A DNA stretch of 64,000 nt, taken from the NCBI RefSeq assembly GCF_963921235.1, contig NC_086097.1, positions 14,198,001-14,262,000 of the forward strand, in the 5' to 3' direction. Shown here piece by piece: positions 22,410 through 34,421 of the stretch. The stretch is from Mobula hypostoma (taxonomy: Eukaryota). Under the pieces are notes generated by a model that saw only the letters and a list, made by a program, of their open reading frames with translations, ran no database searches and had not been told where the DNA came from. Each line of letters begins with the position of its first letter. Position 1 is the stretch's first letter. Position numbers and translations under genes: made by a program.

Positions 22410-24930
22410 AACTTAGAACTCAGAGGATTGGGAGGCTTTTGAAAAACCTACAGAAAGCAACAAAAAGAATCGTTAGGAGGGAAAAGATGAAATATGATAG
22501 CAAGTTAGCAAACAATATCAAGGTAGATAGAAAAAGCTTTTACAAATATATATAAAGAAAGAGGGATGAGAATGGACATAGGACCGCTAGAAAATGAGAT
22601 CAGTAAGACAATAACAGGGGACAAGGAGATGGCAGAAGAACTAAATGAGCATCTCGCATCAGTTTTCACTTGGGAAGACACTAGCAGTGTGCCAACTTTT
22701 GAAGGGTGTGAGGGAAGAGAAGTGAGTGCGGTTACTATTACAAGGGAGAGGGTGCTCTAAAAGTTGAAAGACCTGAAGGTATGAAAGTCACCCAGACGAG
22801 ATAAACTGCGCCATAGGGTTCTGAAAGAGGTAGCGGAAGAATTTGTGGAGGCATTAGTAATGATCTTTCAAGAATCATTGGACTCTGGCATGGTTCTGGA
22901 GGACTGGAAAATTGCAAATGTCACTCCACTCTTTAAGAAAGGAGGGAGGCAACAGAAAGGAAATTATAGACCATTTAGCTTGATCTCAGTGGTTGAGAAG
23001 ATGTTGGAGTCAATTGTTAAAGATGAGGTTATGGACTACTTGGTGACACGAGACAAGATAGGAAAAGTCAGCATGGTTTCCTTAAGGCAAAATCTTGCTT
23101 GAAGAACCTGTTGGGACTCTTTGAAAAGATTACAAGTAGGATAGATAAGGGGATGCAGTGGATGTTGTATATTTGGATTTTCAGAAAACATTTGACAAGG
23201 TGCCACACATGAAGTTGCTTACCAAGTCATGAGCCCATGGTATTACAGGAAAGTTACGAGCATGTTTAGAGCATTGGTTGATTAGCAGGGGGCAGTGAAT
23301 GGGAATAAAAGGATCTTTTTCTGGTTGGCTGCCAGAGACTAGTGGTGTTCCACAGGGCTGATGTCGGGACTACTTCTTTTTATGCTGTATATCATTGATT
23401 TAGATGATGGAATAGATGGCTTTGTTGCCAAGTTTGCAGATGATACGAAGATTCATGGAGGGGCAGGCAGTGTTGAGGAAACATGAAGGGTGTAGAAGGA
23501 CTTAAACAGATTAGGAGAAAGGGCAAGAAAATAGTAAATGAAATACAATTTTGGAAAATGCATGGTCATGCACTTTAGTCGAAGAAATAACTGTGCAGTC
23601 TATTTTCTAAACGTGGAGAAAAACCCAAAAATCTGAGATGCAAAGGGATTTGGGAGTCCTTATGCAGAACACCCAAAAGGTTAACCTGCAGGTTAAGTCG
23701 GTGGTGAGGAAGGCAAATGCAATGTTAGCATCCCTTTCAAAAGGTCTAGAATACAAGAGCAGGAATGTGATGCCACGGCTTTGTAAGGCACTGAAAAAGG
23801 CCTCATCTTGAGTATTGTGAACCATTTTGGGCTCCTCATCCAAGAAAAGATGTGCTGGCATTGGAGAGGGTTCAGAGCAGGTTCACATGGATGATTCAGG
23901 AAATGAAAGGGTTATCATATGAGGAACATTTAATGGCTCTGGGTCTGTACCTGCTGGAAATTAGAAGGATAAGGGGTGATCTCATTGAAACCTTTCAAAT
24001 GTTAAAAGGCCTAGACAGAGTAGATGTGGAAAGGATGTTTCCCGTGGTGGGGGAGTCTAGGACAAGAGGGTACAGCCTCACGATAGTGGGGGATACATTT
24101 AAAACAGAGATGCAAAGAGATTTCTTTAGCCAGAGGGTGGTGAATTTTTGGAATTTCTTACCACAGGCAGCTGTGGAGGCCAGGTTGTTGGGTGTTGGAT
24201 GCAGCTCTATAAAACTCTGGTTAGGCCACACTTGGAGTACTGTGTCCAGTTCTGGTCACCTCACTATAGTAAGGATGTGGAAGCATTGGAAAGGGTACAG
24301 AGGAGATTTACCAGGATGCTGCCTGGTTTAGAGAGTATGCATTATGATCAGAGATTAAGGGAGCTAGGGCTTTACTTTTTGGAGAGAAGGAGGATGAGAG
24401 GAGACATGATAGAGGTGTACAAGATAATAAGAGGAATAGATAGAGTGAATAGCCAGCGCCTCTTCCCCAGGGCACCACTGCTCAATACAAGAGGACATGG
24501 CTTTAAGGTAAGGGGTGGGAAGTTCAAAGGGGATATTAGAGGAAGGTTTTTTACTCAGAGAGTAGTTGGTGCGTGGAATGCACTGCCTGAGTCAGTGGTG
24601 GAGGCAGATACACTAGTGAAGTTTAAGAGACTACTAGACAGGTATATGGAGGAATTTAAGGTGGGGGCTTATATGGGAGGCAGGGTTTGAGGGTCGGCAC
24701 AACATTGTGGGCCGAAGGGCCTGTACTGTGCTGTACTATTCTATGTCCTATGTGCTATGTGTATTTAAGGCAGAGATTGATAGGTTCTTGATTGGCCACG
24801 GCATCAAAGGTTATGGGGAGAAGGCCAAGGAGTGGGGCTGAGGGGAAAAAAAGGATCAGCCATGATTGAAAAGCAGAGCAAACTCGATAGGCCAAATAGC
24901 CTAATTCGGCTCCTATGTCTTATGGTCTTA
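22410..24930 (+). mobile_element. CR1 LINE ORF2 (RT) ~2-kb decayed copy
   Basis: DWKIANVTPLFKKGGRQQKGNYRP, VYLDFQKTFDKVPH and KFADDTK (~23430) are present with many stops and frameshifts. The 3' tail is TATGTCTTATGGTC. Confidence 0.92.
24194..24755 (+). mobile_element. Younger CR1 3' fragment nested in the older CR1; same subfamily as 41143-41895
   Basis: The frame MQLYKTLVRPHLEYCVQFWSPHY...GAYMGGRV is open. The host CR1 resumes at ~24757. Confidence 0.9.
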
Positions 24931-26684
24931 TAAGCCAATAATGCCGATAGCTAAGCTTTACCAGCTGTTAAAGGCTGTCAGAACTCTTCACAATCAGGAT
25001 CTCTTCATCATTCTGTAGGATGCCCAGCCATCATTCAGAACACATGGCTGGAGTCAGAGTGCATCTAAACCAGTTAAACTGGTGTGGTGATTCAAAGCAG
25101 GTAGTACGATCAGTACCCATTAGCCGATTCAATTGTCAGCTGAATGCCCTGTTTCAAACACCACTTTAATCGCCCCTAGATCAATGCAAAAGGAATTACT
25201 TTAAAAGTCCTTCTACTCCATCGTGTTTCCATATGATTATGCTATAATTTGAAGATCACACAAGTAGCAGGATTACTTGGTATTCACAAAAAAATCAATG
25301 TCATGGGAGCACTGCTGCCAACAAAGCAGTCAGACTCATTAACATTCAATATAATGATGGACAAATCATGCTGTTGTGATTTTTAGGTTCATTTATTTTG
25401 AAAAGATTCAACATTAGAGTGATTATAAAAATATGTCCATATAAAGATCTATATAAGTATGTGTAAAATATGGATTAATTTCAATATTTCTTCTTGTGAA
25501 AAATATCACAGTCTAGACAAAGGATATTACAATCTAAAAGTAGGTTAATTGGTCATTACAAATAGTCCTGTAATTAGGCTGGAGATAAATAGGTGGGTTG
25601 ATCAGCGGCATGGTTTGTTGGGCCAGAGGGGCTTATTCCATACTGTATAAAAAATAAATAATATAACCCAGTAGGACTGTGGTTAAGACACCAGACTAGT
25701 AATCCCGATGTACAGTTGAATGATCAGCTTCCACCATGGTAACCAAGGAATTTATCTTCAGGGTATTCAATGATGGGTAACATTTAACTACCTGAAATTT
25801 GTAGGCACCCATATGGTTTTCTGACCTCCATTAGAGAAGCTAAGCTTGATAATTTGGCAAATTGGTGTATTATTGTCATGTGTACTGAGGTACAGTGAAA
25901 AGCTTTGCCTTGCGTACCAACCATACAGGTCAATTAATTACAACATTTCATTGAGGCAGTGAAAGGGAAAACAATTTCAGAGAACACAGTAAGGTGTTAC
26001 AGTTACAGAGAAAGTGCAACGCAGGCAGACAATGAAGGGCAAGGTCATCATGATTGTGAGGTCAATGGTCCATCTTAATGTATTAGGAAACCATACAATC
26101 GTCTTATAACAGCAGGATCAAAGCTGTCCTTAAGCTTGGTGGCACATGCTTTCAGACTTCTGTATCTTCTGCCCGATGGAGAGGGGAGAAAAGAGAATGC
26201 CCAGGGTGGTTGAAGTCTTCCTTGGGTGTTTTACTGAGGCAGTGAGAAGTGTAGATAAAGTCCACAGAGGGGAGACTGTGGAGGGGAGACTAAGGGCATC
26301 AATAAAACTCAATAAGGATCAAAGCAAAATGCCAAATTTCTTTAGGTAAAGATGCTGGTGAGCTTTCTTAGCCATATGTTTAGATCAGGATATACTTAGT
26401 CATAACTAAGTGCAACTCCATTTGCATAACAATATGGTAGCCATTGAAGTGACACAGTGATCCCTGCAGTTCAAGAGTAATTAGAGGGGATCAATTTTTA
26501 AATTCAAGGTGTGTGGTGCTGGCAAAGCCTGCATTTATTGGGCATCTCTAATTGCCCCTGTGTGTCGATTATTAATTAGGTATTATTACTGGTTTGCTAT
26601 GCCTGCTCAGAAGGCAGGAAGGAGTTAGCATCCACAGTGCTGTGGCCCTGGTTATGTCTGTGCCAGACCAGTAAGAATGGCAGA

Positions 26685-26835
26685 AACAAGAGACTGCAAA
26701 TGCTGGAATCTGGAGCAACAAACAATCTGCTGGAGGAACACGGGACTGATGCAGGGTTTCAGCCCAAAACACCAACCATTCCTGTCCTCCTCTAGACCAT
26801 GCTGAGATCCTCCAGCAGACTATTTGTTGTTCCAG
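26685..26835 (-). mobile_element. Degenerate Penelope pLTR fold-back
   Basis: Arms GGAGCAACAAACAATCTGCTGGAGGA / TCCTCCAGCAGACTATTTGTTGTTCC surround CTGATGCAGGGTTTCAGCCCAAAAC. Confidence 0.6.
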
Positions 26836-27202
26836 TAAGGATGGCAGTTTTCCAGCACTGAAGAACATTAATGACCATTAATGTTTTTAGAACAATCTGC
26901 AGGTATCATGCTCATATTTCTTCCTAGGAACTTATTACTCCATATTATGTAATAAAACAATTGGACCAGAGGGGACACCTTTACCCGCCCCACCTTTGAA
27001 CTGTTCCCATAACCTGCGGACTCACTTTCAAGGACTTTTCATCTCATGTCCTTGATACGTATTGCTAATGAAGTGATCCTAATGAAATTCAAACTTGAAA
27101 TGTATGTCAGCATTCTATAAAGTTCACTTCTTATGTTCTCCTACCCCAGATGCCAACGTTGCATTATATGATACAGAACGTTCACGATTCTCTTCAGTTC
27201 CT

Positions 27203-27530
27203 TACATACTTACTTACTGCCTGTACACCACTGGCATTTAGGGCAGTGATGAAGGTCTTCTGTCTCTGTCTATATAGAAGGATTCTTCAATGGTGTTTCT
27301 GCAACAATTTTTTTTGACTAATCAGGGTTGTTAGCCCTCAGTTGGACCCCTGAACCTGGAGGACTGGTGGACCACCCTTAGTCTGGCCTTCACCCTTTGA
27401 CCTGTCTGGCATGGGTGACCCAACCAAGAGCAAGAGCGTAAAGACCTGACTCCACCCGACACAGCTCTCTGGGTCATCGAGGCACACAACCTCCCAAACT
27501 ACGGCAAAGCTGTGATCCCTCTTCGAGGTC
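27203..27530 (-). mobile_element. Bipartite non-autonomous RTE element (BovB/Expander-like head plus RTE-type 3' end, (TAAG)n tail)
   Basis: The head GGATCACAGCTTTGCCGTAG...GGGTCACCCATG...AGACTAAGGGTGGTCC resembles RTE 5' UTRs. The TSD is AGTTCCT / AGCTCCT. Confidence 0.75.
27369..27530 (-). ncRNA. Candidate HDV-like self-cleaving ribozyme
   Basis: P1 GACCTC/GAGGTT (G1.U), P2 GGATCAC/GTGGTCC, P3 GCT/AGT, L3 TTGCCGT and J4/2 CTAA, with a long P4 insert. Folded by eye. Confidence 0.6.
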
Positions 27531-28872
27531 AGCTCCTGAGAGCATTACTTCATCAGCTTCCTGCCTTGAGCTGGAGGAGGAACAGGATGAACTGACGAAA
27601 CTAGGGAGAATCGGGAGCAAGGAGATGAGAATAGCTTATTGAGATCTGCCTATGAATATGCAATTAATAACGGCAGATTCATAAAATGATGTTGCCAGTC
27701 CATATTCACTTAATGCAGTCACATCATATTTCACCAAATAATTTTCTTTTCTTGAATAAATCTATATTCCTCTTCCTCTACCATCTCCTGTCCAGTTCTT
27801 GAATTCTTCACTAATGTGGGAATATGAGCAGTAATTGTAGCTCTTCCAGTGTTCTTCATTCATGCGGCAGGTACCCAGACAATGACAATGAAGTTAGTGC
27901 AGTGCATGGCAAGGATGGACAAACAGCCAGCAAATGATTGCCATGATTCTTGTAATCTACATAACAGCCTTGAGGTGCCAACAGATGATACCTTCCTGGT
28001 TCTGACACACCCACCTGTGCCTCATGTTCTTCGCAGTTAACAAAATTCTACCCATCTCCTGTTTAAAATTACCTGGCATCAGTCACATACGTGCATTCCA
28101 AGTGACTGCCTCCCTTCAGCATGGAATAAAAAAGTTAGCAGCTCGTAAACGCCACAAACATTGAATGATTTCTGAATGTTTAATTCAAAGTCCAACACAG
28201 AGTGCATCATAACATATCCCCTTATGCTTTCAAATTTGTAATGAAATGCAGTTTCTCTGAGGTCTTAATAATGATCTTGTTATTTGAAAGAATATGATTT
28301 TGCCCAATAGAAATGAAAAGCTTGCAAGCCAAGAATTGATAATGAATATTGTGCCTGTGGGTGGGATTTCAGCAGATTTCTTGCACTCGTGAAAAATCAC
28401 ATCAAAGAAAAAGCTAGTTCCAGTTTCAAACTTGCGTTGCTTTTTCTGTCTTTTCCATAAAAGATAGACAGAAGCCAGTACAATATAATAAAGAATTACT
28501 TCCTGCACTTAAAACCGGAGAGAAATCTGTGAGATGGAACAGTTACCAATGGTTACAACATTTCAAATGACATATAATTTGCACATCATTTTCAGCAGTC
28601 ATACCTGCTCAAGTTCCAGTGATCTGTCAGCAGCGGGATGAATGAAGACGATGTGCTTTCTGTCGCTCTTGCAGAAAGAGCTTGTAGCCTAGCTTGTGGT
28701 ACCATTAGAACGAGCGAACAAAAGAAACAGAAGCTGAAGCTGGCCGTTCTGCTTTCCCCTGCCTTCTCCAGCATTCAATAAGATTAAACTTGATCTTTGT
28801 ACTACTTCCCTGCACTCACGACGTATTCCTTCATCTCCTTAATGTCGAAAAAAAATTCTCTCCCTCTCAAGA

Positions 28873-29400
28873 GAATCAGAATCAGGCTTACTATCATTCG
28901 TATATGTCGTGAAATTTGTTGTCTTGTGGCAGCAGTACATTGCAATACAATTTAATAATTAAAATAAAAAGTTATAATAATTAATACCTAATAAAATAAT
29001 TAAAACTATTAATTCTGATAAGTAAATATTAAAAAAGAAAATTAAATTAAATAAGTAGTGCGAAAAGAGAGGAAAAACTAAGACTGAGATGGTACACATG
29101 GGTTCATTGTCCATTCAGAAGTCTGACAGCGGAGGCGAAGAAGCTGTTCTTGAATCGTCGAGTGTGTGTCTTCACACTCCAGTACCCCCTCCTTGATGGT
29201 AGCGATGAGAAGAGGGCATGTCTTTAGTGATGGGGGTCCTTAGTGACGGATGCCACCTTTTTGAGGCATTGCTCTTTGAAGGTGTCCTCAGTGCTGGGGA
29301 GACTAGTGCCCAAGATGGAACTAGCCGAGTTCACAATTCTCTGCTGCTCTTTCCGATCTTTACCGTGTATGGAGATACCAGATGGCAATGCAGCCAATAA
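28873..29400 (-). mobile_element. Rex1/Babar 3' fragment
   Basis: It has a (GAATCA)n tail and the shared Rex1 3' signature. Confidence 0.75.
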
Positions 29401-29798
29401 GAATGCAACTGGTGATCTTGAATATGCTCAGGGACTGAGATACCATCACTTATTTGAATAGAGTATTCCAAAGAATCATTCGCATTTTTATTTTCCTGCA
29501 AATGCCTGAAAGAAAGTGAATCTCAAGGTAGTACGTGATGACATATACATAGTTTAACAATAAATTTACTTTGCCTTTGACCTTGCATGTTAGTTCTGAG
29601 AGGCAACTTCTTATTTTGAAACTGTGACCCTTGATTCTTAAAACCACAGCCCCAAGAAAAATGTCATTTCTGCATCCAATCTGTCAAACATCATTAACTA
29701 AATTACTTGCTTTTTATTAAGAATATGTACTAATTTTAAAATTGCCTCACTACTTCCTTAACATGTTGTCCTAAAGAACCATCTCAAATACACTCCAG

Positions 29799-30157
29799 TG
29801 AAGACGAAGACGCCTGTGCGTGTATTTGTTTAACATGTACTTAATGTTGCACTCCAAGAAGCACACAATTCTTCACAAATCAACCAACTGATTCTTATGG
29901 CATGGAAACCACGATGATTGGAGCTGATGGATTTGTTGCAGCTTCACCCGCCTTCACAGCCGTTGAGTTCGAAGTAACTTCGTCCGCCTGTTCCACCGTT
30001 GAGGTCTTGGTTGGATTGTTCTTTGTCAGGGACCTCACCCTTGACCTTACCGCCATGGGTGACCCTACCAGGAGCATAGCTCCAGACGGCATCGCTCTCA
30101 GGATCACAGGACCACACAAGCTTCTCCACCACGACAAGGTGACAATCCATGGAGAAG
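29799..30157 (-). mobile_element. Short RTE (Expander/Rex3-like head) non-autonomous element
   Basis: The head reads CACCTTGTCGTGGTGGAG...CCTGGTAGGGTCACCCATGGC...GACAAAGAAC. It has a (GTCTTC) tail. The TSD is ACACTCCAG / ACACTTCAG (29790-29798, 30158-30166). Confidence 0.75.
30013..30157 (-). ncRNA. Candidate HDV-like self-cleaving ribozyme
   Basis: P1 CTTCTCC/GGAGAAG, P2 GGATTGT/ACAATCC, P3 ACC/GGT, L3 TTGTCGT and J4/2 CAAA. Folded by eye. Confidence 0.6.
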
Positions 30158-30837
30158 ACACTTCAGCAACGCATCCGTCCGTCATAACCTCAGAACAGAA
30201 GGACATCCATTTGGAATGGAGGTGAAGAGGAATTTCTTTTGCCAGAGAAAGGTGAGTCTGTGGAATTCATTGCCACAGGTAGCTGTGGAGTCTAAGTCTT
30301 TATGTATATTTAAGGCAGAGTTTGACAGCTTCTGGATTGGTCAGGGCATGGAGGGATATGGGGAGAAGGCAGGAGATTGGACCATGATGAAATGATGGAG
30401 CAAACTCGATGGGCCAAATGGTCTAACTCTGTTACTATATCTTATGGTCTTATTATTACCACTAACTTGATTTGCCCAGTGTACGAAAGCCTCATTCGAT
30501 TTTGTATTGATCTTTTTATACACAATGCTGATTTACTTATTTCTAATGGACCTGTACCGCTGCTGCTGTTTAAGGATTGATAGACAACTCGTATCAAGGT
30601 TCTCTGCGCCGTGCTATGTTTTAGTTTCATCTAATTTTAATTCTTGGTTTTCTGAGAGAAGATCTGGACCAGCTGGAAGAATGGGCTGAGAAACAGTGGA
30701 TAGATGTTGATGCAGGCAAGTGTGAGCTGATACACATTGGGAAAACATACCAACGTAGGACTTACACAGCAAACAGTTGTGCACTGAGGTTGGCAATAGA
30801 ACAGAGAGATCTGGGTGTACAGATCCATAATTACTTG

Positions 30838-31672
30838 TGTTACGTACCCCGTAACTGGGTTGCCAAACCAGCAGAAATGGATCACTCAGTTGGAGTCTGG
30901 AGTACTAGAACTAAGAAAGTTTTATTAAAGAAACAAGCAACACAGTAATCGAAAGGATAATAAATGCAACAATTCAACAATGATAACCACACATGTGCAC
31001 AGAATTAAGATAACAGCATCCATCAAGCTCTATCGTTGTCTAGGGGTAAATGACCAATTTCAAAATGACTCAAAGTTCAGTTCGCAGTAATCGTTGCCAT
31101 GGCGATGGACAAGGTGGGGGGAGAGAGACAGAGAGAACAACTCATCATTCAGCACAGCTTCACTCACAGACCAGCGAGATTGCTCACGAGCAACTTTTGG
31201 GCGGGTCCTTGGTGATGTCACCTGAGGTCACCGACTGTGACCCCTCCTCCAGATGCGGTCGATCCTCTGCAGTGAACCCGGCACCCAGGCAAGGGCGGAC
31301 ACACACCGGGTTCCCGCTGATCGTACCTTTCCACCCTGTGCGTTGTCCGGTACTTCTCACCACTCGTGAGAGGCGCACCGCTTCCAGGGTCTCGTTACCT
31401 CGGGTGGCGTGTGTGTCGCCTTAGCGAACCTGTCCCTTTTTATCCCCCTGCTGGGGTATCGCTTGTCCATCACTTCAAACAGTTCAGGGTTCAAAGGGGG
31501 AGCCGCTCCAGACAGCTCCCTCTCCCACGTCCCTCCATTACACATCTCCAGACGCTGCTCCATTGTTCCTTATCTCTCCTTCCCCTGAGGGCAGGTGGCA
31601 GACCAACTGCTGATGCCACTGATGCTAGCCCAGGCCAGCAAACATCTTAATTTTATGTGTATTCTCGTAACA
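30838..31672 (-). mobile_element. Solo LTR (835 bp, Gypsy-like) inserted in a CR1 fragment (~30650-31990)
   Basis: Termini are TGTTACG...CGTAACA with a 4-bp TSD CTTG (30834-30837, 31673-31676). On the minus strand there is a TATA-like GATAAAA (~31440) and AATAAA (~30925). The sequence is CpG-rich. Confidence 0.9.
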
Positions 31673-31989
31673 CTTGAAAGTAGCATCATAAGTAGTTAAT
31701 ATCATAAAGGGAGCTTTGGTACTTTCGCCTTCATAAATCAAAGTATTGAGTACAGGAGGTGGGACGTTATGTTGAAGTCTCATAATGTATTGGCAGGGTC
31801 TGATTTGAATATTTTGTGCAGTTCTGCTCACTTACCCACAGGAAAGATATCAATAAGGTTGGAAGAGTGCAGAGAAAATTTACAAGGATGTTGCCGGAAC
31901 TTGATGACCTGAGTTATGGTGAGAGTTGAACAGATTAGGACTATTTCCTGGAGCATGGGAGAAACAGGGTGGATGTTAAAGAGATATGT

Positions 31990-32491
31990 GGTACTGTGCA
32001 AAGCTCTTAAGCTAAATGCATAGCTAGGATGCCTAAGACTTTTGCACAGTGTTGTATTTTTCAATGTGGAGCGAATAGTGAGTTTGTAAATCTTGCAAGA
32101 ACAAAGGATGTTGGGAATGGTGATGGTGGAGCACCGCAGGAAGGGTGTGGGACAGGTGGCAGAGAAGGAATGTCAGGGTCAAGAAGTGGTGTGGCTGCGG
32201 ACACATCCAGCCCTGAGGCACCAGGCAAGGTTATTTGATTCCAAACAATTAGTTTATTAGTCATTACAGAATGTCTCTCTGGTGCTTCCAGCTCCCTTCC
32301 CCTTTTCCACTCCCAGTCCACATTAGAGACCCATATCAGTATCAAGTTTATCATCACTCACATGGGTCATACAACTTGATTTTTTCTGTGGCAGTGGTAC
32401 AGTGCAATGCATAAAATTCTGACAGTACTGTGCAAAAGTCTTAAGCACTCTAGCTATATGTATGTGCCTGAGACTTTTGCGCAGTACTGTA
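31990..32491. mobile_element. Tc1/mariner-type composite MITE bounded by two ~65-bp hairpin units
   Basis: CAGTACTGTGCAAAAGTCTTA-type TIRs occur four times. It ends in TA, and the CR1 host continues on both sides. Confidence 0.7.
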
Positions 32492-33049
32492 CAAAGTTGA
32501 ACGGGATCAACATCAGGTAAATACATGTATGCATTTTTCCGAGGTTTGGTGAGACAAAAACTAGAGATTATTGGTTTAGCATGAGAGGTAAGGGGAACTT
32601 GATGAGGAACTTCTTCTTTCAGTGGCTGGTGCGAGTATGGGATGAGCTGTCAGCGGAAGTGTGGGTTCAATGGCAACATTTAAGAGAAGTTTAGATGAAG
32701 AGGTAGGAAGCTCTGTGGTCTGGGAGGTGTAGATGAGTCTGGGCATAAAAACAGCTTTGCAAAGACTTTTTGCAACAAAGGGCCTGTGCTGTAGCATTCC
32801 ATGATTCTAAGTTTCCATCCTTTCTCCCTCATCCATCATTAAGGACCCCATCACCCAGGTCATGCGCTCTTCTCATCGCTACCATCAGGAAGGAGGTACA
32901 GAAGCCTGAAGGCCCACACTCAATGATTCAGGGACAGCTTCTTCCCCTCTGCCATCTGATTTCTGAATAGGCATTGTGCACATTGAACCCCTGACCACTA
33001 CCTCACTGCTTTTTTATTTCTGCTTTTGCACTACTTATTTAATTTAACC

Positions 33050-33380
33050 ATATAACAATTACAGCACGGAAACAGGCCATCTCGGCCCTTCTAGTCCGTG
33101 CCAAACTCTTACTCTAACCTAGTCCCACCGACCTGCACTCAGCCCATAACCCTCTATTCCTTTCCTGTCCATATGTCTATCCAATTTAACTTTAAATGAC
33201 AACATCGAATCTGCCTCAACCACTTCTGCTGGAAGCTGGTTCCACACAGCCACCACTCTCTGATTAAAGAAGTTCCCCCTCATGTTACCCCTAAACTTTT
33301 GCCCTTTAACTCTGAACTCATGTCCTCTTGTTTGAATCTCCCCCACTCTCAATGGAAAAAGCCTATCCACGTCAACTCTT
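33050..33380 (-). mobile_element. CR1 3' fragment nested in a Rex1 tail (~32830-33590, +)
   Basis: ORF 33119-33370 reads TRGHEFRVKGQKFRGNMRGNFFNQRVV. Confidence 0.85.
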
Positions 33381-33855
33381 ATATTTAACTATTATGTATA
33401 TACAGTATACTTACTGTAATTTACATTTTTTATTATTATGTTTGCAATGTATTGCTGCCACAAAACAATAAATTTCTATTGTTACATACCTGTTTAATTT
33501 AACTACATTATATATTTTTTACTGTAGTTCAGTGATGCCGCAAAGACAACAAATTTCACGACATGCTGGTGATATTAAATCTGATTCTATTAGTGCCACT
33601 CTGCCTTCATGCTACAGATTAAGTGTCGGTAAACGGAATGAAATTAATAGGTTCCTCATGATCAATATGGACATGACAGTCCAAAGGGCCTGCTTTTGTG
33701 ACTCATGACTCAAACTCACCTCTCTTATTATGTAAGCTACATAAAGAGTTTCCAATATTGTCTTTTATAATTCTCCATGTTAGTTACACATCAATGTTTA
33801 TATACAGTGGTTATCATCACCGATTTTACTACCCTGTTGTTACTTGGACTTTATA

Positions 33856-34421
33856 CACTCAGTTGCCACTTTACTAGGTACACCTGTACACCTGCTCGTT
33901 AATGAAAATATCTAATCAGCCACAACAACGTGGCAGCAACACAAATGCATAAAAGCAAGGAGACATCATCAGGAGGTTCTGTTGTAGTGCAGACAGAGCA
34001 TCAGAATGGGGAAAAACTGTGATCTAAAAATGTGTCTTGTTGCTTTGTTAGTATTGGTGTCAGACAGGGTGGTTCGAGTATCTCAGAAACTGATGATTTC
34101 CTGGGATTTTCAAGCACAGCAGTCTCTCCAGTTTACAGAAAATGATGCGAAAAGCCAAAAGATATCCAGTGAGCGGTTGTTCTATTGGAGAAAACAGCTT
34201 GTTAATGAGAGAGGTCAGAGGAGAATGGTTCAAGCTGACAGGAAGGGGACAGTAACTCAGGTAACCATGTGTTACAACAGTGGTGTGCAAAAGAACATCG
34301 CTGAATGCATAACACATCGAACCTTGAAATAGATGGGTTACAGCAGCAGAAGACTACAAACACGCACCCAGTGACCACTTTATTAGGTACAGGAGGTCCT
34401 TATCAAAGACGCCACTGAGTA
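33856..34421 (+). mobile_element. Internally deleted Tc1 transposon (N-terminal DNA-binding remnant)
   Basis: The TIR CACTCAGTKGCCACTTT...AAAG..GCCACTGAGT is flanked by TA. The remnant SETDDFLGFS...LVNERGQRRMVQADRKGTVTQVT..YNSGVQKNIAE..THRTLK*MGYSSRR is typical of Tc1 transposase N-termini. Confidence 0.85.

Noticed and set aside
28606..28700. Minus-strand exon candidate ending CAG|GTATGA
   Set aside because: The acceptor is ambiguous and the peptide is unrecognised.
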